The position numbers and the translations under genes were made by a program. From Mobula hypostoma (Eukaryota), in assembly GCF_963921235.1 (NCBI RefSeq), contig NC_086097.1, positions 102,612,001 through 102,676,000 on the forward strand: a stretch of 64,000 bases of DNA, written 5' to 3'. The notes beneath the pieces were generated by a model. That model saw nothing but the letters and a program-made list of their open reading frames with translations. It searched no databases and was not told the DNA's origin. Below are positions 51,401-57,400 of this stretch, piece by piece (the stretch's first letter is position 1; each line of letters starts with the position of its first letter).

Positions 51401-54400
51401 CCATAACAGAAGGGACACTAAAGGACAGATTGGTAAGTACAATTTGGAAGGGTGCAAAAATATCAGGGTGGTTCTCATGAGTGGCCTGAACTTCCCTGAT
51501 ATTAATTGGCACCTCTTTCGTGCAAACGATTTAGATGGGGTAGAATTTGTTAGCTGTGTGCAGGAAGGATTCCGGACACGGTATGTAGACAAGCTGACTA
51601 GAAGAAAGATCAAATTGGATCTGGTTCTAGGCAACGAACCTGATCAGGTATCAGATCTCTCTCAGAGACACTAACTACAACTCCCTGACCTTTACTATAG
51701 TGTTGGACAGGAATAGGAGCAGACAGTATGGGAACATATTTAATTAAGGGAGAGGAAATTATGGTGTGATTAGGCAGGAACTTGAGAGCATAAATTGCAA
51801 ACGGATGTACTAGGAAATCAACACCAAAAATGTGGAAGTTGTTCAAGGAGCACGTATGGGGTTTGAGATAGCTTTGTTCCCTTCAGGCAGGGAAAATATG
51901 GTAGGGTGAAGGAACCATGGTTGACAAGAGATATGGGACATCTTGTCAGGAAGAAGGAGAAAGCTTACTTAAGATTTAGTAAGCAAGGATCAGACAGGAC
52001 TCAAGAGAGCTACAATGTCATCAGGAACGAGCTTAAAAATGGCCAAGGAGAGCTAGAATGGTGCACAAGATGGTCTTGGCGAGTAAGATTAAGGAAGACC
52101 ATAGTGTTCCACATTTCTATCAAGAACAAGAGGGTGAGTAGAGTGAGGGTAGGATCGTTTAGGGAAAGAAAAGAAAATGTGCCTGGTATTGGAGGAGGTA
52201 GGGAATGTCCTTAATGAATAACAACACACATAAAAATTGCTGGTGAACGCAGCAGGCCAGGCAGCATCTCTAGGAAGAGGTACAGCCGACATTTCGGGCT
52301 GAGACCCTTCTTCAGGTCCTGATGAAGGGTCTCGGCCCGAAACGTCGACTGTAGCTCTTCCTAGAGATGCTGCCTGGCCTGCTGCGTTCACCAGCAACTT
52401 TTATAAGTGTTGCTTGAAATTCCAGCACCTGCAGATTTCCTTGTGATTGCGTCCTTAATGAATATTTTGCTTTGATATTAACCAGTGAGCCAGACCATGA
52501 CATTTGTGAGTACAGTGTAAAACAGGCTGCTGTGCTGGAACATGTCAGTGCTAAGGAGGAGGTTGAGCTGGAACCTTTGAAAAACATTCGGATAGGCAAG
52601 GCCCTGGGGCTGTATGGAATATACCTCAGGTTGATATGGGAAGTGAGGGAAGAGACTACTGCACTTTTGACAATGATCTTTGTGTCCTCACTGGTCACAG
52701 GACCAGTTCCACTTGATTGGATGATTCACAAATGGCTTGCCCATAGAAGGCAGAGCGTTTTCTGCCTGGAAGTCAACAAGATGTTTTATAGGGATCTGTT
52801 CTGGGGCTTTTCTCTTTGGGCCAAATGAAAATGAGTGGTGACTTGATGGAGGTGTACAAGATGATAAGAGGCAGAGATCAAGTGGATAGCCAAGGACTTT
52901 TACCATGGTAGAAGTGACTAATATGAGAGGGCATAAGTTTAAGGTGATTGGGGTATGTATGGGGGGGGGTAAAATAAGTGTGATTATTGCCTGGAACACT
53001 GGCAAGGGTGTAGGTAGAGGCAGGTAAATTAGGAACATTAAATATATTCTTAAAGAGGTACATTTACGATGGAAAAAATGGAGGGCTTTGTAGGAGGGAA
53101 GGGTTAGACTGATCTAGGAAATTTTACAAGGTCAACACAAAAATCATGGGCCAAAGGGCCTGTATCTTGCTATGTGGTTCTATGTTGAGACTGTATGCAT
53201 TCACCCTATCTATGCCTCTAATTGATATTCTATTCTTTTAACCTGTTGGCATATTAGTTTGAATACCAACCTTCCACCATCATAGACTAATAAGTTTACA
53301 TCTTGTTTCCATGCAGGGGAGAGGTATGTTCCTGGAGTAGGCCATGTGATGAAAGATGATGTCACTCTCAGAGAGGTGATCCATTTACTGTGTATTGAAC
53401 CAATGCCTCACAGTGAACTGGCAAAATTATTACCTGAGAACGTGAGTGTACCTAGCTCATCAAATATTTTTCTTGACACTTTGAGCTGTATATTTAAAGT
53501 AGGATAAAGATAGTACCTCCAGTGATACTGACCATTTGTCAACTCATGCTGCTTCAGACTATTTGAAAGCAATTGAATTGCTATCAGACCATATGACGTA
53601 GGAGCATAATTGTTGCTTCTGGGGTGCCACCGACAAGGCAACTTGTGCATGCAACTATAATGGATACCACTGTACTCCCGTTTCAGCCTGCTACAGCTGA
53701 GAACCACAACTACATTTAAGGTCTGTACAGTCATTTTAATGTGACTTTAAAAATCGATCATTACTTAAAATTACAGAACTCGAACAGACCCTGGTCACGG
53801 ATTCTCCTTAAGATGGTAGAAGAGGGGATGCCGAGTTGAACCAATAGTTCACTTAAAGAAGCACATCTTTTGACTTCCAATACGAACCATCTTGTTTGCA
53901 AACATACAGTCTTTGGTAAATAAAATTGAAGATCTCAACTAAGGTGATGTATCAGAGGGACATTAGGACCACTTGCCTCTTTTGTTTCACAGAATCTTGG
54001 TTAATCCTTTCCATTCTGGATGCAGCAATTGAGATCAATGGGTTCACGATACACCGCCAAGATAGGACTGCTGAGTCTTTGAAAAGCAGGGGAGGAGGAC
54101 TGTGCTTAATGATCAACTCTTTGTGGTGTATAAATGTGGCAGTGGTATCCCAGACCTGTTCACCATACCTGGAAAACCTCGCGATCAAGTGTCGTCCATT
54201 TTACCTCCATGTGAGATTTCAGCAATCATTCTGGTTTGGTGTACATTCCACCTCAGGCTAATGAAAGACAGTCTCTAGACAAACTGAGCAATGAAAGAGC
54301 ACATCCTGATGCCTTCCCCATCATTTTGGGGTCTTCAGCCGAGCCAACTTGAAAAAGTCTCTGTTACCATCAAGTCACTTGTAGTACCAGCAGAAACAAT

Positions 54401-57400
54401 ACACTGGACCACTGTTATACCACCATCAAAGAGTGCTTACCATGCTATTCCATGCCAAACACTTTGGATAGTCTCAACACCTGGCTGAATATAGGTAAAA
54501 ACTGAAGACTGTAGCACCAGTAGTCAGGACCAAAAATGTATGGACAAGGAAGGCACAGAAGCATTTACAGGACTGCTTTGAATCGGTGGACTGGACAGTA
54601 TTCAGGGATTCGTTTTTGAATTTGAATAAGTATTCCACAGCTGTCACTGTCTTCATTAGAGCCTGCTTGGATAATTGTGTGCCTACAAGAACATACTATA
54701 CATACCCAAATCAAAAGCCATGGATGAAGCAGAAGGTTCATAGTCTGCTGAGGGATAGATCTGTGGCACTCAAGTCTGGCAACCCAGGTCTCTACAAGAA
54801 AGCTGGGTATGATTTGCAGAGGGCTATTCAAGAGCTAAGGAACAGTTCTGAGCAAGGTTGGAGATGACATCAACTCTGGCAGGGTTTGCTGGCCATTACT
54901 TCCTACAAAGCAAAACCCAACATCATGAATGGCAGTGATGCTTCACTCCCAAGCAAGCTCAACGCCTTTTTTGCACGCTTTGCAAGGGAGAATAAAACTA
55001 CGCCTGTGCAAATCCCTGCAGCATCCAGTGACCCTGTGATCTTTATCTCGGAGGCCCTCTTTCAAGAGGGTAAGCCCTCACAATGCAACAGGTCCTGACG
55101 AGGTACCTGGTAAGGCTCTGAGAACCTATGCCAACCAACTGGTGGTGGTTTCCAAAGACATTTACAATCTCTCATTGCTACAGTTGGAAGTTTTGACCTG
55201 CAATAATTATACCAGAAGAGTAGTGTGAGCTGCCTTAATGACTGTCGTCCAGTAGCACTAACATATACTGTGATGAACAACAGGAATTCTGCAGATGCTG
55301 GAAATTCAAGCAACACACATAAAAGTTGCTGGTGAACGCAGCAGGCCAGGACGCTGTGATGAAGTGCTTTGAGACGTTGGTTTTGGCTAGAATCAACTCC
55401 TGCCTCAGCAAAGACCTGGACCCACTGCAATTTGGAAGACCACAGTCTGTGCTGATTGGAAATAATATCACCATCTCACTGAAATCAACACTGGGCACTT
55501 CAGGGATGTGTGCTTAGTCCATTGCTTTAGTCTCTCTACACCCATGACTGTGTGATTAGGCACATCTCAAATGCCATCTGTAAGTTTGCTGACAATACCA
55601 CTATTGTTGGCAAAATCTCAGATGGCGACAGGGGATGTGCAGGAGCAAGATACACCAGATAGTTGAGTGGTGTTGCAGTCAACATCAGTAAGACCAAAGA
55701 GTTGATTGTGAACTTCAGAAAGGGTAAGATGAGGGAATGCTTCGTTCCTCCTAGAGGGATCAGAACTGGAAATAGTGAGCAATTTCAAGTTCTTGGTTGT
55801 CAGTATGTCCAAGGAGCTAACCTGGACCCATCATATCGATGCAGCTAAAAAGAAGGCAAGACAGCGTCTATATTTCATTCGGGGTTTGAGGAGATTTGGT
55901 TTGTCACTAAAGACACTCTCAAATTTATATAGATTTAACTGTGGAGAACATTCTTACTGGCTGCATCACTGTCTGGTATGGGGGGTTGGGGGCTACTGCA
56001 CAAGATCGAAGTAAGCTGCAGAGAGTTATAAACTTAGTCAACTCTATCCTGGGCTTTGTAATAACCAGGACATCTTCAAGGAGCAGTGCCTCAAAAAGGT
56101 GGTGTCCAACATTAAAGACTCCTATGAACCAGGACATGCCCTCTTCTCATTTCTACCATCAGGTAGGAGGTACAGAAGCCTGAAGGCACACACTCAACAA
56201 TTCAGAAACAGCGTCTTCCCCCTGCCATTGAATTTCTGAGTGGTGTGACATTGAGCCCATGAACACTACCACATTACTATTTTTTTTGCACTAATTTAAC
56301 TATTTAATATAGTCATACTGTGGTTCATTTTTCTCTATTATGTATTACTTTCTACTGCTGCCGCAAAATTTTCAAATTTCACTACATATGCTGATGATAT
56401 TAAACCTGATTCTAATAATTAGGCTATTCGGCCCATTGAGTCTGCTCCACCATTCCATCATGGCTGATTTATTATCCCTCTCAATCATGTTTTCCTACCT
56501 TCTACCCGTAACCTTTGATGTCCTGACTAATCAAGAACCTATCAATCTCCACTTTTAAGTACACCCAATGACTTGGCCTCCGCAACTTTCTGCGGCATTG
56601 AATTCCACAGATTCACTATCCTCTGGTTAAATAAATTCTTCCTCATCACTGTTCTAAATGGAGTCCCTCTATTCTGAATCTGTGCCTTCTGATCCTAGTC
56701 TCCCCCAATATAGGAGACATCTTCTCAACATCCACTCCATCTAAGCCTTTCAATATTCAATAGGTTTCAGTGATATCTCCCTTCATTCTTCTAAACTCCA
56801 GCAAGTACAGGCCTCGAGCCATCAAATGCTCTTCATGCATTTACCCTTTCATTTGCAGAATCATTCTGGTGAACCTCCTCTAGACCTTCTCCAATGCCAA
56901 CACATCATTTTTTAGATAAGGGGCCCAAAACTGCTCTCGATACTGCAAGTGAGGCCTTACCAGTGCCTTATAAAGCTTGCTTTTATATTCTAATCCTCTT
57001 GAAATGAATGCTAGCATTGCATTTGCCTTCCTCACCACTGACTCAACCTGCAAGTTAACCTTCAGGGAATCCTGCACAAGGACGCCCAAGTCCCTTTGCA
57101 CCCCTGATTTTTTTGAAATTTTTCCACATTTAGAAAATGGTCTATGCCTTTATTCCTTCTACCAAAGTGCATGACTATACACTTCTCTACAGTATATTCT
57201 ATCTGCCACTTCTTTGCCCACTCTATTTAAGTCCTTCTGCAGACTCACTACTTCCTCAACACTGCCTGTCCCTCTAGCTATCTTCATGTTGTCTGCAAAC
57301 GTGGCCACAAAGCCATCTTAACAGAACAGGTTGACATTGCTAATTCTCCCACTAACCTTGCCCCTTTGCCCGGTTAGTCACTCCTCCTTATTCTGTCCCT

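Larger units (their letters stand above)
52221..52450. mobile_element. Palindromic non-coding PLE-derived insertion (two inverted pseudo-LTR arms)
   Basis: Arms of about 95 bp inverted around 52316; perfect 14-bp TSD GTCCTTAATGAATA at 52207-52220 and 52451-52464. Confidence 0.92.
49585..53188 (+). mobile_element. Second near full-length, internally deleted CR1 (esterase ORF1 family related to 16370-20790)
   Basis: [44 protein letters not shown]1 3'UTR ending TTCTATGTT. Confidence 0.88.
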
